A stretch of DNA of 64,000 bases, taken from positions 572,880,001 through 572,944,000 of the forward strand of contig CM097882.1 in assembly GCA_044892505.1 (NCBI GenBank). Reading direction: 5' to 3'. Shown piece after piece: positions 50,101 to 57,663 of the stretch. This stretch comes from Schmidtea nova (Eukaryota). The position numbers were made by a program, and so were the translations under genes. The notes under the pieces were generated by a model. The model did no database searches, was not told where the DNA came from, and saw nothing but the letters and a program-made list of their open reading frames with translations. Every line of letters begins with the position of its first letter. Position 1 is the stretch's first letter.

Positions 50101-53100
50101 TCAGAGATCGGTATTCATGCATTTACAAAGTCAGACAAGCTTGATAATTTAATTGACATTGCGGCTCGACTAATAAATGAGTCTTTAATTAATTGGCTGA
50201 GAGAGCGTGGAGGGTGGAAAACATTAAATTTATCGATAATAAAGAAAAGAAAGAAACCGGAAAATGATTCACCGCAAAGGCAATTAAACGGAAGAGTAAG
50301 TCCAAAACTAAGGAAGACGATGATATTCCCTTGGATAATGTTCATGATGATTATTCTATGTGCAGTTATTGCACAAACGACGTCATTGGTGGCATACGAT
50401 TGTTCACAAACCGAAATGGGGAAAATTTACTCAGTGGTTGATATGTCAGAGTGCCCAGACGCATACCCTCGAAAATTAAAGATTGAAAACGAAGTAAAAT
50501 ACCATGTGTATCAAGAGTCAGATTTACGGCGTACTAAAGTTAGAGAATGCATTGTAAAACGAACCACTTTTGTATTCTTCTGTGGTAAATGGAGCCATAC
50601 GTCATTAATCAAAATGCACGCCATTCCACGACCGGTGGATGTATTGCCGGAAAATTGCTTAACAGCCTTCCAAACGGGGGAATTAAAAATCAGCCCTGAA
50701 ATTCGATTAAAAGCGAAATTAAATCATCAAATTCGAGAAACATTAGTGGTGAAGGGAGTGATGAAATCAGACGGTGACTGTGAAGGTGAACCGTATAAAA
50801 TAAATGAGAAAATAATTAAACACACAGTGGTAATAGAGGAATACTTAACCGAATTGAGAATGTTCGAAGGATCTTTTGATGATGATACCGGAAAACTACA
50901 AACTCACCCATTTTGTAATATGAAGCAAACTAGTTGTCACACGGGAGAGTCAATCCTCGTTTACGATGTTAAAACCAATATATGTAACCTGGCTCATTTA
51001 AAAACAATGAATTTCAAAGAGTTAACCGGAGAGCAATTTAGGGAGAGACCAGACAACTTTAATATGAATTATAAACAAAATGGCACAGTAAGGTCAACTC
51101 CACTGTGGACAAGACAAACAGCGATGGTTTTAATGTCAACCTTGCCAACGGACAGCATGCGCTTTATTAAAAAGGAGATTACGAGCAAATGTGGTCAAAC
51201 AGTCTATGTAACAAATTACAAAGGAGTATATGTGGCAAAAACGACTGTACATGAAGCGAAGACGAGAATTCACAGAGATGATATAAAACTAACTCATTAT
51301 TTTAATAATAAAATTGATTATTTATTTCATTTTAGCCAAAATACCATGGAGAACATATATAGAGAAATGATCTTGAACGATTGTAAATTGAATAAAGAAA
51401 TACTTCGAAATCGAATGGCGATGGCGGTTACAAACCCGAATTTAGTAGCACCCATGCTAATTTCAGAAAATGGTATATTTGCTAGAATCTTTGGAGAAGC
51501 GCTATACAGTTACCGATGCAAAGAAATTACAGTGAAAATCGCAAAATATGAGAAATGTACAAATGAATTGCCAGTAAGTGTTGGCGGGAAACTACGATTT
51601 ATGGAACCGATAACCCGAATACTGCTGGAGGAACAAGTTAAACCAAAAACCTTGCAATGTAATCGATTATTAGCTCCATTATATCGCTTAGCACAAGATT
51701 CATGGATAGCGCTACCAGATTACCGAGGAGTAAGAACACCAGATAAATTGGAATTGACGAATTTGGAATACTTAATAAATTTTACATCAATGAATAAAAT
51801 GGCACAAATGGGTTTATATGCGAGCGAAGACATCGAAGAAGCCCAAAGAAATTTGTTATTTCCGTCAAAAAAGGAACGCGTGATTTCAGAAATGATTGAT
51901 ACCATATTGCCGAATGGAGAAGGGAAAGTTAACTACGAATACTTGCTGACACCTGATCATTTTAAACGAGCTACTTACAAAACAATGGAAAAGATTTGGG
52001 GAAAATTTATGTTTTTGGGACAAGCCTGTGCAGGTTTAATTGGTATTTATGTAATTGCAGTAACGGTAAAGGTGATAATATCACAAGTATTGTCCACTCA
52101 CAGGATATATACAATTTCCGGATGGTCATGGAAAATGATAATTGGTTGTATTCCATTTTTGGCTAGATTCTTCATTACAAGTCATCAATACAAAGAAATG
52201 GCAAATGTACGAGCGCAATTGAGAAATGATCAGAAAAGCGAAGAATCAATATGCGATCATGAGGATAAAAATAATGGTCCTGATAATGAGAACGGTGGCG
52301 GCAGATCAGAGCAAAATAATTTTCGAAGGAGCATAATGAAAAGTAGAATAGAACCCGAAACCAGGCTCTTGCTTGAACCAATGCCAAAATTAACAGGAAT
52401 TGACACTCTTTCTAAATGGTACACACCAACATTAATACCAACAGCTCCAATATACCCAAGTGAAAAGTTGAGAGAAATGAAGCCAGTTGATGAGATTAAA
52501 ATCGAACTAGAAAAGATTGAGCCATCAAGCGCCGAAATTGAAAGAAAGAACATGCTTGGGTTACCATGTAGTTACGCATTGATGACAATAGAAATTGGAG
52601 GAAAACAACCTAGAATATCCATACAGTTTAATGAAAGAAAAGTGGAAGCATTATTGGATTCAGGCTCGAGTCACAGTATAGTATCGGAGAGTTTCTTAAC
52701 GAGACAGGAAAAAGCGAAAATAAAGCCAACAACAAAAATTATTAAATCAATGACGCATAACGTATTAAATATTATTGGAAAACTAGAAGTAAAGTTGAAT
52801 ATAGGAAATCAGGAAGTAATTCATTGGGTATCAGTAATGAGAAAAAGCCCTGTCAAATGTTTGATTGGCATGGATATCATGGAACAATTACAAGGAATCT
52901 CACTGGACTTAAAGACGGGCAAATTAATAAAAAGGCAGACTGATGAGGTAGTGCATGAAGCAGGAGAGGTCTTTTTAAATCAAACGTTGGAAGTACCACC
53001 AAAAAGCGAAGTGATATACTACGCTAATGTAGAAAATGTTTCCGAAGAAGAGTGTATATTCGAACCAAATCAAAAACTAATAGAAAAGTACGACGTACCT

Positions 53101-56100
53101 ATGTGTGACGAAATAGTAAAAATTAAAGACAAAACCGTGCCAGTAAGAATAGCTAATTGTAGCACAAAATCTGTTCAGATGAAACCCAAAACAAAGTTGG
53201 GAAAACTGTCAAAAATGAAAGGGGAAGAAGTGCAAAAACTACCTAGAAATATCAAAATCTATAAAGAACCACAAGTGACAAGTGATGATCTAACAGAGGC
53301 ACAAAGACAAGAATTTGCGGCATTATTGAAAAGGTATAAAAATGCATTCGCGAAACATGAGTATGATCTAGGACTCACTCAGATAATTGAACACGAAATA
53401 CCATTGCTTGATGAAACTCCTATAAAAATACGACCGTACAGAATTCCATATATACATCAAGAAGAAAGCGATCGGCAAATTAAAGCCATGAAGGAATTCA
53501 AAATAATAAGAGATAGTTCATCACCATTCTCATCCTCAATAGTAGTAGTGAAAAAGAAGGACGGTGAATTACGATTTTGTGTTGATTATCGGAAATTAAA
53601 CCAAGTGACAAGAAAAGACACATATCCTATACCAGTTCCGCAAGAAATGTTTGATCAGATGGGAGAAGTACAATTCTTCACAGTAATCGATCTTAACAAA
53701 GGATATAACCAATTTAAAGTCAAAGAGGAAGACAGGAGAAAAACGGCATTTTCAGATGGGAAAGGACTATATGAGTTTAATGTGCTGCCATTCGGTCTAA
53801 CGGGAGCACCAGCTACATTCCAGAGAGGTATGAATTTTGTTTTGCGTGATATACCACATGCATTAGTCTATATTGATGATATAATAATATTTTCAAACAA
53901 TTTTCAGGGACACTTAAAAGATGTGGAAATAGTGTTTAAACGACTAATAGAAGCCAATTTAAAAATAAAACCTTCAAAATGTGAATGGGGAAAATCAGAA
54001 GTTGTTTACGTAGGGCACATAATTTCACGGAGAGGGTTACAACCAAACCCAGAAAATGTAGAAAAGATCAAAAAGTATCCGATCCCCAAAGATGCGGATC
54101 AAGTCCGACAATTTCTTGGATTAGCGAGCTATTATAGGAAATTCATAAGGAATTTTTCTCATGTAGCACAACCTTTAAACATGTTGCTAAAAAAGCAGAC
54201 TAAATTCAAATGGGTAACAGCTCAACAAGAAGCATTTGATAAATTAAAAGAGAGTCTTATTAAACAACCAATATTGAGATGTCCGAACTTCAAAAAACCA
54301 TTTATACTGATGACAGATGCAAGCAATTTTGCATTAGGAGCAGTACTTGGACAGCAAGTAGAAGGTGAGAAAGATCACGTAATTGCTTATGCAAGCCGTT
54401 CATTAAAACCGCATGAAAAAAATTATTCCACAATCGAAAAAGAAACGCTAGCATTAGTATATGGGATAACTAATTTTCGACAATATTTGGTTGGGAGAAA
54501 GTTTATTGTATTTACGGATCATAACCCATTACAATGGTTAATGAAGCATCGAGATTCGGCAAGCAAGCTGATTAGGTGGTCAATTGCATTACAGGAGTAC
54601 GATTTTGAAATTAAGTACCGTACGGGGAAGTCAAATGGAAATGCGGACGCAATGTCGAGAATCCCTGAAGAAAATATTATTCAAAATGAAGTAAATTATG
54701 AAAATACGATATTTATGGCAATTAAAACGGCAAATAATATGAAGGAATTACAGGGTGATCAGGAAAACGATGTTGAAGTGAATCAATTGCGGAAACATGC
54801 TGTCACAATAAAAAGAGAAAGTGACTGGAAGCACATTGCGAAAGAAAAACATAAATACGTCATCCATGACGGGTTGTTGAAATGTGTGAAAAATGAAAAC
54901 TTATTAATAGTAGTACCGGCAAAACATCGAACAGCATTACTGTTGTTGTATCATGATGGGGCATTGGGAGGGCATTTATCTGCTCGAAAAACATTATCAA
55001 GATTAAAACAGAAATATTACTGGGATACGATAGAGCAAGACGTCAGACAATGGTGTCACACTTGTGAAGTTTGTCTGACCAGGCGAAACACAGGAAGAAA
55101 AATAAAAGTTCCTTTAAAACCTATGACCGTGCCGGTAGCACCAATGGAAATGACAGCAATGGATATTGTTGGTCCACTACCAGAAACAACCAATGGCAAT
55201 AAATATATCATCGTATTTTGTGATTACCTAACAAAATGGCCGGAAGCATATGCAATGCAGAATCAAAAGGCAGAAACTGTTGCGAAAATATTTGTAGAAA
55301 ACATCATATTTCGGTACGGAGCACCAAGAAAATTGCTCACAGACCAAGGAACAAACTTTCAAAGCGAATTATTTAAATCTATAACCGAATTATTCGGAAT
55401 CCTAAAACTTAATACATCCCCATATCACCCACAAACAGATGGGTTAGTCGAAAGATTTAATGGAACATTAATTAACATGATTTCGTCGTATGTAAACAGG
55501 AAACAAAAAGATTGGGATTTGTTCATTAAGCCATGTTTGTTTGCATATCGAAATGCAGTGAATGAAAGCACCGGTGAAACACCATTTTATCTTATGTACC
55601 TACGACGAAACAATATGCCGATTGACTTAAAGTTTCAACCACCAATCTCACAATACATGGACGTATCCGATTACAAAGTAGTAATGCAGGAAAGACTGCA
55701 ATCAGTATGGGTCAAAGCGGGATTGAAAATAAGGCATAATCAAGAAGCATATAAAGAATGCTATGATAAACGTGCGCATGCACATGATATTAAAGTTGGA
55801 GATTTGGTGTACATAAATAAACCAGAGCCAACGAAAGGGCTGTCTACCAAACTACAGCGACCATTTAAAGGACCTTATTTGGTGTGTGATACAACCGAGA
55901 CGAATTTAAAATTGCGTCCACAAAATAATAAAAAGGCGGGAACGATTGTCATTCATGTAAACCGATGTAAGAAAGTTCCGCTGGAAGAAAGATATCCCTT
56001 GAGGTCAAAACCAAGTAACGGCGAAAAAGAAAAAGTAATTAAACAAAAATTTACAAAAAACCCTACTCAATTAAACTACCTAAGTAAAACGTTGTTGATA

Positions 56101-57267
56101 ACAACAGTGATGATGATCAATGTTTTGTGTGCGTCGGCAATACGAACATTCCCAGCATATGCAATGAAGAAAGTCCCATTATTAGAAAAGATCGATGTGT
56201 ATTCAACATGTACCCAAATAGTATGGATCTATTATTGCGAAGTGACGGAAGAAATAGAGATAAATAATCTGCTAAACTATTTCGAGCCCCCAGTAAAATT
56301 AAACTATAACAAAAATACACATGTCGCTCGTGAATTAGCAATGAATTATAAATACCCTTGGATAATAACACGAGTGAATCTTAAAGATAATTTGACAAGA
56401 GTCCATGATCTAATACGTGTCAGTGTATGGACAAAAAGACTACAAGACCGCGTATCCATTGAACCAGTAATCAATGGAATTAATGTATATTGGAACTCTC
56501 ATGAATCCCAGCAAGTAAAAACTGTCTTTCAAAATTATGCTATCGATACACTGAACAGCAGAAAACCATTTATAAAATATGTTAATTTAAAATTATTTCA
56601 GATGTATAATATTCAGATACAATATTTTGAAAAGTTGTTGTATGAAAATGGAACAGACAGCACCGATCAGTGGGTTCTAATCCATTCCAGTCAACACACG
56701 ATAAACTTGATCAATGAAACAAACAGAGTTATCTTTCATGTGTATAATCAGACGATAAATGTCACCCGTCAAACGTACCCCAATCAAAGAGCTGTTTTAT
56801 ACTATTGTGGAAAAGTACAAGGAATATTAGAGAACAGAAATGAATCAAAGATCTTATCTTTCCGACAACTACGGTCAAAATCAAACTCTAAAATAGTGCT
56901 AATAAAAATCAAGTATTATCGGCGAGCCAAATACTCCAATCTTTGGCAATTAACCTTGGTAGAGGATAAATTTGTTCGAGTGTCATATACTGAGATGGAC
57001 AGTTACCCACGGAAGTTAAATCAATCAACGCGAATCACAACCGCTCACATCAAGGTGTTAAATCCAAGCAATAAAACTATATCAGCTTCACCTACGGAAA
57101 ATGAATTTCTATGTGTAACATTATTAATAACAATTATCATTATAACAATATTTGTCATTATTCTCATATCTGTCATCATCTTTGAAATTCGAAAAACTGA
57201 AAGACATTCTACGAATCAATCCGAGGCCCCGAGACCTTGGATCGATTACGAGGAGACGTTTGTATAG
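47164..57267 (+). CDS. Single polyprotein Gag-Ubl-Ubl-Bcl2-like-Env-PR-RT-RH-IN-second glycoprotein, 3367 aa from the first ATG
   Basis: Uninterrupted 10.1-kb ORF. The track start at 47134 is a TTG; the first ATG is at 47164. Domains are listed separately. Confidence 0.95.
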   Translation: MSNTNNQDDTPMSTSNGNGNDYASCQKLPVNQYGGDPVEFVDFMADYYMYATAYGWSQATMVQRLPLYLKGAAREAWQQIDKRTIANDWTKLKDALAAKLIGGDIKRIMRQKFYNRVQKSEESVSEFAYHLTTLAEKAFEVKPEQIEVAKQVKELLQDQFLTGVKKEIKKALCYVDFNNFDELIKKAMKIELNLKSSQQKSESFAIINEPRERSITPVRNNRLQQSISPSPTFRQRFEPNKSTNVQIDEKERPIQCSHCQRIGHHVNQCWFKNRSPKSPTPIQCDYCQRMGHNSNQCWSKNNVQRSPKRMWPDWLKGNGEKSFNKLNFNDQRNNDNVQCYNCGRKGHVSRNCFARSRSPSTSPSPQRDRVNLQGQIQCHSCRGYGHMARSCPRNVDKFQKPILKKSIRFQNDKLQTDNVAFVQSDDFNEKIENQVKEMGRRLDRLMSKFESDDELDNHMMYGSQQDMTEADTTTGCTKDDLESEKATMMMKRLEKLLEASVEESSKILVSVKSLSQMSLSMRKLKGAINLCANYYQINVTNREEIKELMRKFGKAFRENKWLDFISIDVVNENDKNVITCRCEAYDRVKDLKRRLREKCEGWVVELKFKNRDLENDEYLIDCGLIPGNKNELQIASMMSNSEMTRSDPMQIVKELNDVLCIGDENEIKEIVKLIEESEFGQKEKLELANAIRPYLFRRTGYRQCLKRIMRKLGKELRKDRVELNSLTIAIEYEDIGKTEYVEEHWCTKVRKVRKRAAEMLGKDGIIVLRYKGEELDDDEYLYDCGCVPQELDEYGYLSTNGSQGYLINRIIANKEYNSRMLDKVEFSDTDEQTEEIKESEIEIVTDDYNGEKRVNNNAQTAEMAVIEDTNIEKGEIKSANTKTRTLYEMKKTLVKLEQEVEETSDVIRNLVGVVYPILKIETETEEELKGIVDEVKIRLPGVVRKLGKEDSFCNCEVIEKLIENGIDKEVVLIILTYVVSEIGIHAFTKSDKLDNLIDIAARLINESLINWLRERGGWKTLNLSIIKKRKKPENDSPQRQLNGRVSPKLRKTMIFPWIMFMMIILCAVIAQTTSLVAYDCSQTEMGKIYSVVDMSECPDAYPRKLKIENEVKYHVYQESDLRRTKVRECIVKRTTFVFFCGKWSHTSLIKMHAIPRPVDVLPENCLTAFQTGELKISPEIRLKAKLNHQIRETLVVKGVMKSDGDCEGEPYKINEKIIKHTVVIEEYLTELRMFEGSFDDDTGKLQTHPFCNMKQTSCHTGESILVYDVKTNICNLAHLKTMNFKELTGEQFRERPDNFNMNYKQNGTVRSTPLWTRQTAMVLMSTLPTDSMRFIKKEITSKCGQTVYVTNYKGVYVAKTTVHEAKTRIHRDDIKLTHYFNNKIDYLFHFSQNTMENIYREMILNDCKLNKEILRNRMAMAVTNPNLVAPMLISENGIFARIFGEALYSYRCKEITVKIAKYEKCTNELPVSVGGKLRFMEPITRILLEEQVKPKTLQCNRLLAPLYRLAQDSWIALPDYRGVRTPDKLELTNLEYLINFTSMNKMAQMGLYASEDIEEAQRNLLFPSKKERVISEMIDTILPNGEGKVNYEYLLTPDHFKRATYKTMEKIWGKFMFLGQACAGLIGIYVIAVTVKVIISQVLSTHRIYTISGWSWKMIIGCIPFLARFFITSHQYKEMANVRAQLRNDQKSEESICDHEDKNNGPDNENGGGRSEQNNFRRSIMKSRIEPETRLLLEPMPKLTGIDTLSKWYTPTLIPTAPIYPSEKLREMKPVDEIKIELEKIEPSSAEIERKNMLGLPCSYALMTIEIGGKQPRISIQFNERKVEALLDSGSSHSIVSESFLTRQEKAKIKPTTKIIKSMTHNVLNIIGKLEVKLNIGNQEVIHWVSVMRKSPVKCLIGMDIMEQLQGISLDLKTGKLIKRQTDEVVHEAGEVFLNQTLEVPPKSEVIYYANVENVSEEECIFEPNQKLIEKYDVPMCDEIVKIKDKTVPVRIANCSTKSVQMKPKTKLGKLSKMKGEEVQKLPRNIKIYKEPQVTSDDLTEAQRQEFAALLKRYKNAFAKHEYDLGLTQIIEHEIPLLDETPIKIRPYRIPYIHQEESDRQIKAMKEFKIIRDSSSPFSSSIVVVKKKDGELRFCVDYRKLNQVTRKDTYPIPVPQEMFDQMGEVQFFTVIDLNKGYNQFKVKEEDRRKTAFSDGKGLYEFNVLPFGLTGAPATFQRGMNFVLRDIPHALVYIDDIIIFSNNFQGHLKDVEIVFKRLIEANLKIKPSKCEWGKSEVVYVGHIISRRGLQPNPENVEKIKKYPIPKDADQVRQFLGLASYYRKFIRNFSHVAQPLNMLLKKQTKFKWVTAQQEAFDKLKESLIKQPILRCPNFKKPFILMTDASNFALGAVLGQQVEGEKDHVIAYASRSLKPHEKNYSTIEKETLALVYGITNFRQYLVGRKFIVFTDHNPLQWLMKHRDSASKLIRWSIALQEYDFEIKYRTGKSNGNADAMSRIPEENIIQNEVNYENTIFMAIKTANNMKELQGDQENDVEVNQLRKHAVTIKRESDWKHIAKEKHKYVIHDGLLKCVKNENLLIVVPAKHRTALLLLYHDGALGGHLSARKTLSRLKQKYYWDTIEQDVRQWCHTCEVCLTRRNTGRKIKVPLKPMTVPVAPMEMTAMDIVGPLPETTNGNKYIIVFCDYLTKWPEAYAMQNQKAETVAKIFVENIIFRYGAPRKLLTDQGTNFQSELFKSITELFGILKLNTSPYHPQTDGLVERFNGTLINMISSYVNRKQKDWDLFIKPCLFAYRNAVNESTGETPFYLMYLRRNNMPIDLKFQPPISQYMDVSDYKVVMQERLQSVWVKAGLKIRHNQEAYKECYDKRAHAHDIKVGDLVYINKPEPTKGLSTKLQRPFKGPYLVCDTTETNLKLRPQNNKKAGTIVIHVNRCKKVPLEERYPLRSKPSNGEKEKVIKQKFTKNPTQLNYLSKTLLITTVMMINVLCASAIRTFPAYAMKKVPLLEKIDVYSTCTQIVWIYYCEVTEEIEINNLLNYFEPPVKLNYNKNTHVARELAMNYKYPWIITRVNLKDNLTRVHDLIRVSVWTKRLQDRVSIEPVINGINVYWNSHESQQVKTVFQNYAIDTLNSRKPFIKYVNLKLFQMYNIQIQYFEKLLYENGTDSTDQWVLIHSSQHTINLINETNRVIFHVYNQTINVTRQTYPNQRAVLYYCGKVQGILENRNESKILSFRQLRSKSNSKIVLIKIKYYRRAKYSNLWQLTLVEDKFVRVSYTEMDSYPRKLNQSTRITTAHIKVLNPSNKTISASPTENEFLCVTLLITIIIITIFVIILISVIIFEIRKTERHSTNQSEAPRPWIDYEETFV
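47242..48336 (+). other. Gag: capsid-like region plus four CX2CX4HX4C zinc knuckles (47929-48336)
   Basis: YGGDPVEFVDF...LPLYLKGAAREAW, RVQKSEESVSEF, DQFLTG. Knuckles CSHCQRIGHHVNQC, CDYCQRMGHNSNQC, CYNCGRKGHVSRNC, CHSCRGYGHMARSC. Confidence 0.92.
48853..49065 (+). other. Ubiquitin-like domain 1 in the polyprotein
   Basis: ISIDVVNENDKNVITCRCEAYDRVKDLKRRLREKCEGWVVELKFKNRDLENDEYLIDCGL follows the ubiquitin pattern (..ITLEV.PSDTI..VK.KI...LIF.GK.LED..TL.DY.I). Confidence 0.75.
49339..49596 (+). other. Ubiquitin-like domain 2 in the polyprotein
   Basis: TKVRKVRKRAAEMLGKDGIIVLRYKGEELDDDEYLYDCGC is paralogous to domain 1 (L.[FY]K...L..DEYL.DCG). Confidence 0.7.
49900..50230 (+). other. Bcl-2-like domain
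   Basis: BH2-like LINWLRERGGW (50185-50217) is preceded by a hydrophobic helix (GIDKEVVLIILTY, BH1/alpha5 position) and a BH3-position helix (VVRKLGKE), and followed by a hydrophobic anchor. Confidence 0.65.
50386..52180 (+). other. Chuvirus-type (class III-like) envelope fusion glycoprotein with preceding signal segment (50320-50385) and TM (52006-52090)
   Basis: LVAYDC start, DGDCEG, CGQTVYVT, FNNKIDY, DCKLNKEILRN..AMA..NP, GEALYSYRC, CTNELPV..FMEPITRIL, GLYASEDI....LLFP, WGKFMFLG...AGLIGI, GWSW. This motif order is the one I recognise from chuvirus glycoproteins. Confidence 0.85.
52580..52920 (+). other. Aspartic protease
   Basis: VEALLDSGSSHSIV (DSG at 52657-52665) and LIGMD. Confidence 0.92.
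53400..54200 (+). other. Reverse transcriptase (Ty3/Gypsy type)
   Basis: SPFSSSIVVVKKKDGELRFCVDYRKLN, LPFGL..APATFQR, YIDD (53869-53880), YVGH, FLGLASYYRKFI. Confidence 0.97.
54300..54670 (+). other. RNase H
   Basis: LMTDASNFALGAVL, YSTIEKETLA, VFTDHNPL, NADAMSR. Confidence 0.96.
54940..55980 (+). other. Integrase (HHCC, DDE, GPY/F)
   Basis: YHD..GGH, CHTCEVC, MDIVGPLP, TDQG, YHPQTDGLVERFN, FKGPYLV. Confidence 0.96.
56092..57267 (+). other. Second predicted type I membrane glycoprotein fused after integrase
   Basis: Signal-like LLITTVMMINVLCASA, then ~320 aa with 8 N-X-S/T sequons, then a 28-aa hydrophobic TM (57106-57189) and a 25-aa tail. Family not recognised. Confidence 0.7.
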
Positions 57268-57663
57268 TGAGATACAATTATTTGCATGCAATTATGGTAG
57301 ATTAATAGTTTAGTATCTAGTGACATTTTCTTTTATAATTGTTTCATGTGGATCTGCACTCTTCGGCATGGGAAAGTGGGAAAGTGATTTGATTGGCTAA
57401 TACTAAAAGAGTGAGGGGGTAGAAAAAGGGATAGAAAAATCAAAAGGGGGGTATATAAGGTAAACTTAGACATCATAAAATTTAAATTAATCTTAAACAA
57501 AAGTAAAATTTCAAATAACTAAGAAAACTTCAATTAAATCGGTAATTTTATATTTTTATTTATACCGCTACCAACTAAGACAGTATCCTTTGGGTACTCC
57601 ATCTTAGTCCTAGCGTCAAAATTAAATTAATTCAAATTTAAATTATAATCGTTTTAGTAAGAA

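Noticed and set aside
52950-53230. Beta-rich segment between protease and RT resembling a dUTPase fold
   Set aside because: None of the five dUTPase motifs is recognisable, and a similar spacer is common in Ty3/Gypsy Pol.
55900-56090. Chromodomain after integrase
   Set aside because: No chromodomain aromatic-cage pattern. The region is a basic linker leading to a hydrophobic segment.
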